Assembly: GCA_963768835.1 (NCBI GenBank)
Contig: CAVYJB010000002.1
Span: forward strand, 459,082 to 523,081
Length of the DNA stretch: 64,000 nt
Direction: 5' to 3'
Origin: an uncultured bacterium
Lineage (GTDB): Bacteria; Patescibacteriota; Minisyncoccia; UBA6257; GWB1-50-10
The translations under genes and the position numbers were made by a program. A model generated the notes under the pieces. The model was not told the DNA's origin, made no database searches, and was given only the letters and a program-made list of their open reading frames with translations. Of the stretch, positions 1 to 9,612 are shown piece after piece (the stretch's first letter is position 1; the number at the start of each line of letters is the position of its first letter).

Positions 1-1
1 G

Positions 2-160
2 GAACTTCTAGGCCCCGACCAGCGCACGGTACTCTATCTTCGTTACAACGACCATTTCACCCTCCAGGAGATCGCTGATTCCTTAGGGAAGCCGCTCGAT
101 ACGATAAAAAGTCAGCATCGGCGTGGGCTCCTCAAGCTCCGGAAGCTTCTAACGCGCTAA
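2..160 (+). CDS. ECF-type RNA polymerase sigma factor, C-terminal region 4 (5' partial; gene begins upstream of window)
   Basis: Frame 2 translates to ...LGPDQRTVLYLRYNDHFTLQEIADSLGKPLDTIKSQHRRGLLKLRKLLTR*, a typical sigma-70 region-4 helix-turn-helix. Stop TAA at 158-160. Confidence 0.6.
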   Translation, partial: ELLGPDQRTVLYLRYNDHFTLQEIADSLGKPLDTIKSQHRRGLLKLRKLLTR

Positions 161-203
161 AGGCAAGCGCACCCTTTGACCCCACTAAACGGTATTAAGA
201 TAC

Positions 204-635
204 ATGGACGAGTTGCGGCCTGATTTTGAACAACTCTTTGCCCACGCGAGCCATCAAGAACCATCCCGCGAACTTCGGGGGAGAATTCTTGCACAGATTC
301 ACGCGGCCGAGCGCCGACAGATGCGAACCCACACGGTTCTCTGGGGCGTTCTGGCGCTCGGGGCGGCGGTTGCCCTAGTGCCGGCTTTTCGTGAGCTTCA
401 AGCGGAGATGGCGGGGTCCGGATTCCAGCAGTTCTTTTCTTTGCTCTTCTCGGACGCTGGGACCGTCCTTACATATTGGAAAGATTTCGGTTTCTCTCTT
501 CTCGAATCTCTCCCCACCCTCGGTGTCGCCGCAGTTCTCGCCTCCGTTCTCACGCTTCTTGCTTCCATACGTTTCCTTGTGAATGATATTCGTCGCATGG
601 GGACGCCCGTGCTTCTCGCGCGAGTTCGCCGCTAG
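204..635 (+). CDS. putative anti-sigma factor (membrane protein) cognate to the upstream ECF sigma
   Basis: 143-aa ORF immediately after the sigma gene. Charged N-terminus with RGRILAQIHAAERRQ, then two hydrophobic helices. The position and architecture are typical of anti-sigma factors. Confidence 0.45.
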   Translation: MDELRPDFEQLFAHASHQEPSRELRGRILAQIHAAERRQMRTHTVLWGVLALGAAVALVPAFRELQAEMAGSGFQQFFSLLFSDAGTVLTYWKDFGFSLLESLPTLGVAAVLASVLTLLASIRFLVNDIRRMGTPVLLARVRR

Positions 636-665
636 CACGATTTTTAAACACCGTATTGTTATCGT

Positions 666-1175
666 ATGGACCTCAAACCTATCGTGCAATCCAAAACGTT
701 CCAGCGGATTCTTGTAATCCTCGCGAGCCTTATCGTACTCCTTCTCGTCTTCATGGGAGGGGAAGCTGTAGGGTTTCGGAAAGCGAGCTATTCCTATCAG
801 TGGGGTGAGCGTTACTTCCAAAGCTTCGTGGGCCCTCGTCCCGGTTTCCCAGGTGATCTTGGCCGAGATGGGTTTCTTGGTGATCATGGCACGGCGGGAA
901 CGGTACTTTCTGTGAACGCGGCGAGTTCCACGCTTGCCGTGAACGATGTCGGGGGTACCGAGAGAGAGGTTCTTGTTTCCTCCTCGACATTCCTTCGTAT
1001 GGGCCGCGATACTATTTCTCTTTCAGATCTCAAAACGAACGAGCGGGTGGTCATCGTCGGCACCCCTGACTCGGTTGGTCGGATTGAGGCGCAGCTTATT
1101 CGGGTTCTCCCGCCAGGCGGTATGATGCCGCCGTCTGGACCTTCGGCGCCCCCTGCATCTTCTTCTATACAATGA
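666..1175 (+). CDS. hypothetical N-terminally anchored secreted protein (paralog of 6900..7364)
   Basis: 169-aa ORF with one N-terminal TM helix. Its C-terminal motif VVIVGTPDSVGRIEAQLIRVLPP resembles TVMIQGTPNSDGSITAQTVQIRP in ORF 6900..7364. Confidence 0.5.
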   Translation: MDLKPIVQSKTFQRILVILASLIVLLLVFMGGEAVGFRKASYSYQWGERYFQSFVGPRPGFPGDLGRDGFLGDHGTAGTVLSVNAASSTLAVNDVGGTEREVLVSSSTFLRMGRDTISLSDLKTNERVVIVGTPDSVGRIEAQLIRVLPPGGMMPPSGPSAPPASSSIQ

Positions 1176-2914
1176 AAAAACTCTTCAAAAGCAAGCGGTT
1201 CTGGGTCGTAGCGATTATCGTCGTTCTCGTCGTAGGCTACTTTGTATATCGGTCTCTCACGGGGAGCGTAACCACGGCGACCCAATATGTGACGGCGAAG
1301 GCTGCGAATGGCACCCTTGTGGTTTCTGTTGCCGGGAGCGGACAGGTCGCCGCACTGAACCAGACAAATATTCAGCCGCAGATATCTGGACAGGTTCTTC
1401 ACATCCCCGTCGTGAACAATCAATCCGTGAAAGCGGGGGATCTTCTCGTTGAGCTCGACCCAACGAACGATCAGCGTTCGGTCCGGAACGCACAGACGAG
1501 CCTGGAGAACGCACAGCTTTCTCTCGCGAGTCTTCTCGCACCCCCCGCGACGTCGACGCTTCTCCAGTCGCAGCAGTCCGTGGTGCAGGCACAGCAGTCT
1601 CTAGTATCTGACCAAAACACTCTTGCGACGGACTATGCGAACGCGTACACCGACATCTCGAACGCTTTTATTGATTTGCCTGGCGTGATGACAAGTCTGA
1701 ACAACGTGCTTTACAGTGTCATTATAAACAAAGCGCAGGGCCAGGCAGATGCGGATGCGTATACAAACCTCGTGAGTACCTACAACCCGACCGTTGTCAC
1801 GTATAACCAGAGTGCTATCGCCGGCTATCAGACAGCACTTACGGCGTACAACCAGAGTCTCGCTGACTTTAAAGCGACTACGATCAATTCAAGCACCTCG
1901 ACTGTTGAAACCATGCTGGCAGAAACCTATGCCACACTGAAAACCGTCTCGGTCGCCAATGGCAACGTGAAGAATCTCCTGGATGTTGTGGCGAACAGTC
2001 TCCAGCAGATACAACAGAAAGCCCCGGCTCAGCTCTCAATCGACGAGAACACGCTTCAGACTATTATCACGACGACAAACTCTCACCTCGCGACCATCCT
2101 TCAGACCTTAAACACTCTCCAAAATGACAAGCAGAACATTATAACTGCTGGACTTTCCACGCAGCAGACGGCCGCATCCCTCGCGCAGCTCCAAGCGGGC
2201 GCGACACAGCTTCAGATACAGACTCAGCAGATTTCTGTCACGCAGGCAGAAAATGCTCTTTCGGACGCGCAGCAGAACCTCGCGAACGACTATGTGCGGG
2301 CGCCTTTTAGCGGAATTGTCACGAGCATCACTGCCAAGGTGGACGAACCGGTCGGGACCGGGTCGACTCTGGCCGTGCTTCTCACAGATCAGCAGACCGC
2401 CGAGGCGACGCTGAACGAGGTGGATGCCGTAAATGTGATGGTGGGAGATCCTGCCACGATTACTTTTGCTGCCCTTCCGAACGTTTCCTTGACCGGCAAG
2501 GTTTCGCAGGTAGACACGTTGGGCACCGTCTCGCAGGGGGTAGTGACTTACAATGTGCAGGTGACCTTGGATGTCACGAACCCGCAGGTGAAACCGGGCA
2601 TGAGCGACAATGTCTCGATCGTGACGAAGGTGGAACCTGATGTGCTCCTTGTGCCGAATGCGGCCGTGACGACGAGGCAGGGTGTCTCAACGGTCCAGGT
2701 CATGGGAGCAAACGGAGTGCCTACCACTGCGACTGTAACGGTGGGCGATTCTAATTCAACCATGACCGTAATCACAGCAGGTCTGAACGAGGGCGATGCA
2801 GTGGTCACGCGGACCACGACCGCGGCAAAGACAACCACGGCAGCAACGACAGGGGGTCTAGGGGGTATCCGTATCCCCGGCCTTACAGGTGGCGGGGGCG
2901 CGCGTGGCGGCTAG
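1172..2914 (+). CDS. HlyD-family efflux transporter periplasmic adaptor (membrane fusion protein, MacA-like)
   Basis: 580 aa with an N-terminal TM. The IQPQISGQVLHIPVVNNQSVKAGDLLVELDP lipoyl/beta-barrel signature is followed by a long Q/A/T-rich coiled coil and a C-terminal Gly-rich tail. Overlaps the preceding gene (ATGA). Confidence 0.8.
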   Translation: MKKLFKSKRFWVVAIIVVLVVGYFVYRSLTGSVTTATQYVTAKAANGTLVVSVAGSGQVAALNQTNIQPQISGQVLHIPVVNNQSVKAGDLLVELDPTNDQRSVRNAQTSLENAQLSLASLLAPPATSTLLQSQQSVVQAQQSLVSDQNTLATDYANAYTDISNAFIDLPGVMTSLNNVLYSVIINKAQGQADADAYTNLVSTYNPTVVTYNQSAIAGYQTALTAYNQSLADFKATTINSSTSTVETMLAETYATLKTVSVANGNVKNLLDVVANSLQQIQQKAPAQLSIDENTLQTIITTTNSHLATILQTLNTLQNDKQNIITAGLSTQQTAASLAQLQAGATQLQIQTQQISVTQAENALSDAQQNLANDYVRAPFSGIVTSITAKVDEPVGTGSTLAVLLTDQQTAEATLNEVDAVNVMVGDPATITFAALPNVSLTGKVSQVDTLGTVSQGVVTYNVQVTLDVTNPQVKPGMSDNVSIVTKVEPDVLLVPNAAVTTRQGVSTVQVMGANGVPTTATVTVGDSNSTMTVITAGLNEGDAVVTRTTTAAKTTTAATTGGLGGIRIPGLTGGGGARGG

Positions 2915-2918
2915 CATC

Positions 2919-3632
2919 ATGATAGAGGTTCGCCACGTTTCCAAAATCTATCAGATTGGTGATATTGAGACTCGGGCCCTGGATGATATCTCCTTCACCA
3001 TAAAGGATGGAGACTTCGTTTCCATCATGGGGCCGTCTGGTTCCGGGAAATCAACAACGATGCATATTCTTGGTGCGCTCGATACGCCGACTTCCGGGCA
3101 GTATCTCCTAGACGGCCGAGACGTCTCAAAACTCTCAGATGATGAGCTCGCAGACATACGGAACGAGAAGATTGGGTTTGTTTTCCAACAGTTCAATCTC
3201 TTGCCTCGTGCCACGGTAATCCGGAATGTAATGCTCCCCATGATCTACGCTGGTGTCCCTCGGGGCGAGCGTGAGGAGCGCGCAAAGGAAGCGCTTAAAT
3301 CCGCGGCGCTTCCAGAGGCCTGGTGGGATCACCACTCGAACCAGATCTCCGGCGGTCAGATGCAGCGGGTGGCCATCGCGCGAGCTCTCGTCAACAACCC
3401 TTCGCTCATTCTTGCCGACGAGCCGACCGGCAACCTAGATTCGAAAACCGGGGAGATTGTTCTCGGAACGTTCCAGCGGTTGCACAAAGCAGGCCGCACC
3501 ATCGTTCTTATCACGCACGAACGCTATGTCGCGGAACACGCGGAGCGTATTATCCATATCCGTGACGGTAAGATTGCGGAGGACGGCTCAAATCACAGTC
3601 AGCGTGTCATCCACACAGTCCACGAAGACTAA
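2919..3632 (+). CDS. ABC transporter ATP-binding protein (MacB/LolD family)
   Basis: Walker A GPSGSGKST, ABC signature LSGGQMQRVAIARAL and Walker B ILADEPTGNLD. The ATG at 2919 gives the IEVRHVSKIY start typical of this family; the ORF-track start at 2889 is an upstream extension. Confidence 0.9.
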   Translation: MIEVRHVSKIYQIGDIETRALDDISFTIKDGDFVSIMGPSGSGKSTTMHILGALDTPTSGQYLLDGRDVSKLSDDELADIRNEKIGFVFQQFNLLPRATVIRNVMLPMIYAGVPRGEREERAKEALKSAALPEAWWDHHSNQISGGQMQRVAIARALVNNPSLILADEPTGNLDSKTGEIVLGTFQRLHKAGRTIVLITHERYVAEHAERIIHIRDGKIAEDGSNHSQRVIHTVHED

Positions 3633-3643
3633 CGAACACGACC

Positions 3644-4885
3644 ATGCTATTTTCTGAACTTATTGAGGAAGCTTTCTCCGCTGTCACTGTGAACAAGGTC
3701 CGTTCAGGTCTCACGACCCTCGGCATCGTCATTGGTATTGGGTCTGTCATCGCGATGATTGCGATCGGACAGGGGGCCCAGGGTTCCATTACTGCAAGCA
3801 TACAGGCGATCGGCTCTAATCTCCTGATTGTAACCCCGGGAGCTCAGCGTGGTGTGGGTTTTCAGGTGAGTACAGGGAGAGGTTCGGCTCAGACCTTGAC
3901 CCCCGCAGATTCCGACGCGGTTTCCCAGCTTAACGGTATCGAAGCGATATCTCCGGAAATAAGTGGTCGATATCAGGTGGTATATCTTGGTACCAACACC
4001 AATACTAGTGTTATGGGAACAGTTCCGGCGTATCCCCAGGTGAGGAATCTCCAGATCGATCAAGGAAATTTCATAACGGATACCGATGTGAACAGTTCCA
4101 ACAGGGTAGCTGTCATAGGCCCGACGGTACTTCAGGACCTTTTCGGTTCGGCTTACGCCACGGCGACTCCCGACCAGGCTGTCGGTCAAATCATCAAGAT
4201 CAAAGGAACTGAATTCACTGTCATCGGAGTTACGAAAGCCAAAGGAGGGAGCGGTTTCAATAACCAAGACGACATGATCTACGTCCCTCTTTCGACCGCC
4301 CAACATTTCCTTTTGGGCAACTCAACTTATATAACGGAGTTAGATATTCAGGTGCAAAACCAACAGCAGATGACGAGTGTTCAGAACGCCATCACGAGCC
4401 TTCTCTTGCAACGTCATAATATTTCAGATCCGACGCTAGCGGATTTCAGTGTGCTGAACCAGCAAGACATCGTTTCAGCGGCGTCGAGCGTCACCGGCAC
4501 ATTCACCATCCTTCTCTCGTCCATCGCGGGCATCTCGCTTATCGTGGGCGGTATCGGGATCATGAATATGATGCTTACGACAGTGACCGAGCGGACCCGC
4601 GAGATCGGGCTCCGAAAAGCCATCGGCGCCAAGCGACGCGATGTGAGCACCCAATTCCTCATGGAGTCCATCATGCTTACGTTCCTTGGTGGTGGGGTGG
4701 GGATTGTGCTTGGGTGGGTTCTGTCGCTCCTCGTGACCGCCTTCGCCGGTATCGCGACCAGTGTCGCTCCGTGGTCTATTCTCCTTGCGGTTGGCGTTTC
4801 AGGACTTATCGGCATCGTGTTTGGATACTATCCTGCCCGTCGTGCCGCAGGGTTGAACCCAATCGAGGCACTACGGTACGAGTAG
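3644..4885 (+). CDS. ABC transporter permease (MacB/FtsX family)
   Basis: 413 aa with the MacB_PCD-like periplasmic domain between TM1 and TM2 and a C-terminal FtsX 3-TM bundle (IGIMNMMLTTVTERTREIGLRKAIGA). Confidence 0.85.
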   Translation: MLFSELIEEAFSAVTVNKVRSGLTTLGIVIGIGSVIAMIAIGQGAQGSITASIQAIGSNLLIVTPGAQRGVGFQVSTGRGSAQTLTPADSDAVSQLNGIEAISPEISGRYQVVYLGTNTNTSVMGTVPAYPQVRNLQIDQGNFITDTDVNSSNRVAVIGPTVLQDLFGSAYATATPDQAVGQIIKIKGTEFTVIGVTKAKGGSGFNNQDDMIYVPLSTAQHFLLGNSTYITELDIQVQNQQQMTSVQNAITSLLLQRHNISDPTLADFSVLNQQDIVSAASSVTGTFTILLSSIAGISLIVGGIGIMNMMLTTVTERTREIGLRKAIGAKRRDVSTQFLMESIMLTFLGGGVGIVLGWVLSLLVTAFAGIATSVAPWSILLAVGVSGLIGIVFGYYPARRAAGLNPIEALRYE

Positions 4886-4955
4886 CTGCGGAACCGTTCG
4901 TCGGCGGTAACCCCGCGGCTGGTGGATTGTAAAGTCGAAGAATATAATTTTTAAG

Positions 4956-6812
4956 ATGAACAACTATTCCATGTTTCATGTCCGAATCGCCAAATGCAGC
5001 GCGCTCATCATTATCGCAAGCTTTTTTGCGGTTGCGGGATCTGTCGCGTACGCCGCAGGGCCTACGCTTGTAAGTGCCCGCGTCACAGGCTCGAACACTA
5101 TCGTGATCGTATACTCGGAGCCGGTATCAACCGGTATGGGTGATTACACCAACTTTACAGGAGGTATTGGCGGCGCGGCGCTCGTGGCTGTGGGTGGAAG
5201 TGGGACAAACACAATCACACTCACATTCTCGGGGACTCCTTTCTCCGCCGGCTCGAATGGTTATATAAGCATCGGGACAGGAGTCTATGGCATAAGCGAT
5301 AGTACGTACTTCTCCGGGGGGACCTTCTCGGTCACAAACAATCAAACGCCGGTTCTCGCTTCTGTCTCCGCCACCTTTGTGAACGTTGGCAACGCGTTTC
5401 TGGGGATTGGCAGTACGGTCACCCTCAATTTCACTGCGAGTGAGTCGGTGACGAATCCCACGGTGACCATACAAGGGCACACGATTTCGATGAACGGCAA
5501 CGGTGCGGGGCCGTACTCCGTTACTTACACACTCGCGGGCACTGACACCACTGGAGCGCTCACCGCCACGATTGCCTTCACGGATTCAAATGGCAACCAG
5601 GGAAAGTCTACGGTGGATATCGGAGGTGCTAGCGGCTCCACCGCGAGCGTAAATGGCTATCTCAACTCCAACGCCACGACGCCTGGCGCACTCGGTATCG
5701 GAGGTTCCATCACCTTTAACCTGAACCTTTCAACGCCCGAACCGAATGCCCGAGTCACAGGTTCCTACAACGGCGTCCCGCTCGTCTGGTACACGACCAA
5801 CAATGGGACGACCTATACCGCAACTTACGTAGTGACGAGCGGGCAGACTAGCCAGGCCTATCCGCTCCAGATTAGCGGGGTTGTTTTGACAGACCAGTAT
5901 GGAAACACAAGCACTCCTTTCGCGGGCTCCGATGTCGTAAAGACCATCAGCGCGACGGGCGGTTCCACGGGGAGCGTCGGAGGTTACATCACTTCAAACG
6001 CCACGGCACCCGGCGTTCTCACGATTGGGAGCTCCATCACCTTCACGCTCGTTCCTTCGACACCGGCGCCGAATGGCCGAGTCACAGGTTCCTACAACGG
6101 AGTCCCACTCGCGTGGTACTCGACGAACGGCGGTGTCTCCTACTCGGCTACCTATACCGTCGGGAGCGGTCAAGCGAACCAGCCATACCCGCTCCAGATC
6201 ACTGGCGTGATGCTGACCGACCAGTATAACAATAGTATCGGTCCGATGTCCGGTTCCGATATCGTGAAAACCATCAGCACGACCCCCACCAATACCGTCA
6301 TCTATGAAGTAGCCCCAGTACCGTCGGTCACGACGAATCCGAATCCAACCTACGCCTTCAATTCGAGCGAAGCGGGGACCATCCGCTACGGAGGCGACTG
6401 CTGGAGCGCGACCACGGCCGCTGTGACGGGTACGAACACCGTCACCTTCAACACCCTCGCAAACGGATATCACTCGAATTGTACGGTCACTGTCGCCGAT
6501 TCACTGGGGAATATAAGCAACATACTCCCAGTCACTCCCTTCACGGTTCAGGCGCCGTCGACTGTGGTTACGCCTCCTTCCACTTCCTCCGCCTCGACCT
6601 ACCAGTTTATGAATTTCCTAAACCTGGGTTCCAAGGGAACGGACGTGACGCAACTTCAGCAACGGCTTACCGTCGGAGGGTTCTATACTGGACCGATCAC
6701 GGGATATTTCGGTCCCCTCACGAAAGCAGCTGTAAAACGGTATCAGGCTCAGCATGGTCTCTCGCCCGTCGGGTACGTAGGCCCCGGCACGCGAGCGGCG
6801 TTGAATCAGTAA
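4956..6812 (+). CDS. secreted surface protein with tandem Ig-like repeats and a C-terminal peptidoglycan-binding domain
   Basis: Signal peptide, T/S/G-rich beta-sandwich repeats and a PG_binding_1-like tail (LQQRLTVGGFYTGPITGYFGPLTKAAVKRYQAQHGLSPVGYVGPGTRAAL). Confidence 0.7.
   Translation: MNNYSMFHVRIAKCSALIIIASFFAVAGSVAYAAGPTLVSARVTGSNTIVIVYSEPVSTGMGDYTNFTGGIGGAALVAVGGSGTNTITLTFSGTPFSAGSNGYISIGTGVYGISDSTYFSGGTFSVTNNQTPVLASVSATFVNVGNAFLGIGSTVTLNFTASESVTNPTVTIQGHTISMNGNGAGPYSVTYTLAGTDTTGALTATIAFTDSNGNQGKSTVDIGGASGSTASVNGYLNSNATTPGALGIGGSITFNLNLSTPEPNARVTGSYNGVPLVWYTTNNGTTYTATYVVTSGQTSQAYPLQISGVVLTDQYGNTSTPFAGSDVVKTISATGGSTGSVGGYITSNATAPGVLTIGSSITFTLVPSTPAPNGRVTGSYNGVPLAWYSTNGGVSYSATYTVGSGQANQPYPLQITGVMLTDQYNNSIGPMSGSDIVKTISTTPTNTVIYEVAPVPSVTTNPNPTYAFNSSEAGTIRYGGDCWSATTAAVTGTNTVTFNTLANGYHSNCTVTVADSLGNISNILPVTPFTVQAPSTVVTPPSTSSASTYQFMNFLNLGSKGTDVTQLQQRLTVGGFYTGPITGYFGPLTKAAVKRYQAQHGLSPVGYVGPGTRAALNQ
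5634..6281 (+). repeat. two tandem ~327-nt (~109-aa) coding repeats inside the Ig-like surface protein
   Basis: The repeat units GS..S..GY..SNAT.PG.L.IG.SITF.L..STP.PN.RVTGSYNGVPL.WY.TN.G..Y.ATY.V.SGQ..Q.YPLQI.GV.LTDQY.N...P..GSD.VKTIS begin near 5634 and 5961. Confidence 0.7.
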
Positions 6813-6899
6813 CGAGATCTCTAGCTAACCAAAACATCGAGGGGGGACCGCCGGTCGACGGTGCCCTGATGAAAAGATGGTCGTAAAAATAAAATAACA

Positions 6900-7364
6900 A
6901 TGAAAAACAAAATAATCGTTCCCATTCTAGTAACAGTGGTAGTTGCGGGTGGTATTGGGTTCTATGCGGGGATGCAGGTCGGGAAGGGAGCAGCACCGGC
7001 GAGTGGCGGCTCTGTCAGCTACCAGGGCGGTGGTGGGCAAGGTTTTCAGGGCGGTGCAGGCGGTCCTAGCGGTGCTGGTCGCCGCGGAGGTTTGGCTGGT
7101 GGCATCGTGACCGGCCAAGTTCTCTCCCTGAGCGGGGGGAACCTCACGGTCCAATCACGCAGTGGAAGCTCGCAACTCGTCATTCTCCCAGGTTCAGCTG
7201 CGGTCACGAAGTCGGTGAGCGGCTCGGCGAGTGATATCACGGCTGGAGAGACGGTGATGATCCAAGGAACACCGAACAGTGACGGGAGCATCACAGCCCA
7301 AACGGTCCAGATCCGGCCGACGATGCCGAGTGGCTCGCAGGCGACTTCATCTCAACCCCAGTAG
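6900..7364 (+). CDS. hypothetical Gly-rich N-terminally anchored protein (paralog of 666..1175)
   Basis: 154 aa with an N-terminal TM, a GGGQGFQGGAGGPSGAG low-complexity segment and a C-terminal domain shared with ORF 666..1175. Confidence 0.5.
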   Translation: MKNKIIVPILVTVVVAGGIGFYAGMQVGKGAAPASGGSVSYQGGGGQGFQGGAGGPSGAGRRGGLAGGIVTGQVLSLSGGNLTVQSRSGSSQLVILPGSAAVTKSVSGSASDITAGETVMIQGTPNSDGSITAQTVQIRPTMPSGSQATSSQPQ

Positions 7365-7376
7365 CAAACGCGCTTT

Positions 7377-8204
7377 ATGGAGCGACCCGCCTCTTCCCTC
7401 ACGATTGTAAGCTTCAATATCTGGGATCTTCCTCTCTGGTTCGTCCGTAAACGGAAGGAGCGGGTCGTCGCGAGTGCCCAGTATTTCCGCGACCTTGGAG
7501 TCGACGTTATTTGCCTCCAAGAATCGTTCGACACAAAACACCGGGCGCTCTTCTACTCAGCACTTACGGGTGCGGGGTACCACATGACCGATCGCCGGCC
7601 GGAAGACCGGCGCGTGCCCCTCGCGCGGCTTGACCGCACGGGGGGTCTCGTTATTTTCTCGAAATTTCCCATCATTGAGAGTTCGTTTATTCCATTTCGT
7701 CGCGCCGTAAATGTTTCCGCTGTGGAATTTTTTAGTCGCAAGGGCGCGCTCTTAGCGACGCTCCGCACGCCAATGGGCAACCTGCGCGTCGTGAACACTC
7801 ACCTCCATATGACGAGCCTTGTTCTCGACCGGCGGGTCCGGCTACATCAACTCTCCTGGATCTTTGACCGGTTACGGGAAGAGGAGCGGATGCCTACGAT
7901 CCTAACCGGCGATTTTAACGAGGATCGGATGCTTGCAGAATCCCACTTTCTGGAACTCCTTGTCCGGGAGGGGTTTTCTGACCCTAAGGAAGGCGTCCTC
8001 GAGCCGTCCTATCGTTCCGAGAACCCTTATGTGAACGGTATCTGGGCAAACCGGACGGAAACGTCGCAGCGTTTGGACTACATTTTCTGCCGCGACCTTG
8101 GGATGCTTGGTTCCAAGGTGGAAGGATATCACGTGCTTCATACGCCGGAGCCCTTGTCGGATCACGATCCTATCCTGCTCGCACTCGTCCCCATTTCCCG
8201 CTAG
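7377..8204 (+). CDS. endonuclease/exonuclease/phosphatase (EEP) family protein
   Basis: The EEP motifs IVSFNIW, ICLQES, GDFNE and SDHDPILL are present in canonical order. Confidence 0.75.
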   Translation: MERPASSLTIVSFNIWDLPLWFVRKRKERVVASAQYFRDLGVDVICLQESFDTKHRALFYSALTGAGYHMTDRRPEDRRVPLARLDRTGGLVIFSKFPIIESSFIPFRRAVNVSAVEFFSRKGALLATLRTPMGNLRVVNTHLHMTSLVLDRRVRLHQLSWIFDRLREEERMPTILTGDFNEDRMLAESHFLELLVREGFSDPKEGVLEPSYRSENPYVNGIWANRTETSQRLDYIFCRDLGMLGSKVEGYHVLHTPEPLSDHDPILLALVPISR

Positions 8205-8230
8205 AATAGAGGGAAGAAACGGACGAACCC

Positions 8231-8863
8231 ATGCCAGCAAGTCTAGCGTCCTACATAACGCAGTACGGATACGTCGCTATCTTCTCGCTCATCTTTCTAC
8301 AGGAACTCGGGGTCCCAAACCCCGTTCCGAATGAGCTCGTTCTCATTTTTAGTGGCTACCTCGCCTCGGCGGGGATTCTAGATTTTTCTTTGGTGCTTCT
8401 CGCAGCCATTGCCGGAGATTTCTTGGGAACGACCATCCTTTTTCTCATTTTCTATCATGGCGGAGAGTACATCTTGAACCATCGACCCCGATGGCTTCCT
8501 TTATCCCGCGAGCGGGTCGAGCGTATGAGCAGCCGGATTTCAAGGCAGGAACGCTTAGGTATCTATCTCGGACGGCTCGTCCCGTACCTTCGTGGGTATA
8601 CATCGGTGGCAGCCGGTCTCATGCAGGTACGTCCCACTGTGTTCCTCACGGCGGTGGCCGTCTCCGCGGTCACCTGGAGTGGTGGTTACGTCGTGGCGGG
8701 GAAACTGATGGGGCCCTATTGGAAACGCGTTGCGGATCAGGTGGGGAACGTAGAAAACGTGCTCGTTATTTTGATAGCCATTATCTGTATCACCCTTCTC
8801 GTACGATATTTCCGTCGACAACGAGCCCGGCGGCGGCCCGAGAGTCCAACTCTTACCCCATGA
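8231..8863 (+). CDS. DedA/SNARE-associated family membrane protein
   Basis: GYVAIFSLIFLQELGVPNPVPNELVLIFSGYLA matches the DedA signature; multiple TM helices. Confidence 0.8.
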   Translation: MPASLASYITQYGYVAIFSLIFLQELGVPNPVPNELVLIFSGYLASAGILDFSLVLLAAIAGDFLGTTILFLIFYHGGEYILNHRPRWLPLSRERVERMSSRISRQERLGIYLGRLVPYLRGYTSVAAGLMQVRPTVFLTAVAVSAVTWSGGYVVAGKLMGPYWKRVADQVGNVENVLVILIAIICITLLVRYFRRQRARRRPESPTLTP

Positions 8864-9567
8864 CGTTTTCTGTTGTCGTCCCCGCGTATAACGAAGAGGG
8901 GAACGTCGGTGATGCCGTACGCAGCCTTGCGCTTCAAGATTGGGACCGTTCGGATTTTGAGATTATTGTGGTGGATAATAATTCGACGGACCGCACCTCC
9001 GACGCGGCGCGTCTCGCAAAAGCGGACCGCGTGGTCGTGGAGATTGAAAAGGGGACCAATATGGCTCGGAACCGTGGGTACAAAGAGTCCCGCGGGGATA
9101 TCGTGGCATTCCTTGACGCGGACTCCGAACCGCCAGTCGAATGGCTACAGCGCATCGCCCGGGATTTTGCCGATCCCGCGGTCGCGGCTGTTTCCGGTCC
9201 CTATAATTATGGTTTTCAAGGGTTCCGTCGCCTCGCCGAACGATTCTTTACCTATGACGTGTTACGCCTTGTGCCACCTATCCTAAAGTTTCTCTTCGGA
9301 CGGAGGGCTGGGGTTCTAATCGGGGGGAACTTTGCCGTGCGCCGCACGGTCCTGGACGACATCGGGGGTATCCCCCCACTCTCGTTCTGGGGCGATGATG
9401 CGACTTTGGCAATGATGATCGCTCGCCGGTCGGGTAAGGTATTTTTTGACCCCTGGCTCCGCGTGCGGAGCTCCCCGCGGCGGTTTGAGAAGGAAGGATT
9501 TCTGCATCTCCAGTACCTCTACACGAAGGCATATTTCAGAGCATACTTCGCCGTGCCGGGTCGTTAA
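8860..9567 (+). CDS. family 2 glycosyltransferase
   Basis: MTFSVVVPAYNEEGNV, VVDNNSTDRT and a DAD acidic motif are typical of GT-A/GT2 enzymes. The start overlaps the DedA stop (ATGA at 8860-8863). The ORF-track upstream extension to 8491 is rejected. Confidence 0.8.
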   Translation: MTFSVVVPAYNEEGNVGDAVRSLALQDWDRSDFEIIVVDNNSTDRTSDAARLAKADRVVVEIEKGTNMARNRGYKESRGDIVAFLDADSEPPVEWLQRIARDFADPAVAAVSGPYNYGFQGFRRLAERFFTYDVLRLVPPILKFLFGRRAGVLIGGNFAVRRTVLDDIGGIPPLSFWGDDATLAMMIARRSGKVFFDPWLRVRSSPRRFEKEGFLHLQYLYTKAYFRAYFAVPGR

Positions 9568-9612
9568 CCTCTTGCGCTCCGCCCCTCGCTCAAGGTAGGG
9601 TGGAGATACGAT

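Noticed and set aside
8491-8859. Upstream 123-codon extension of the glycosyltransferase ORF
   Set aside because: It overlaps the DedA gene in another frame. The GT2 family start MTFSVVVPAYNE at 8860 with ATGA overlap is the natural start.
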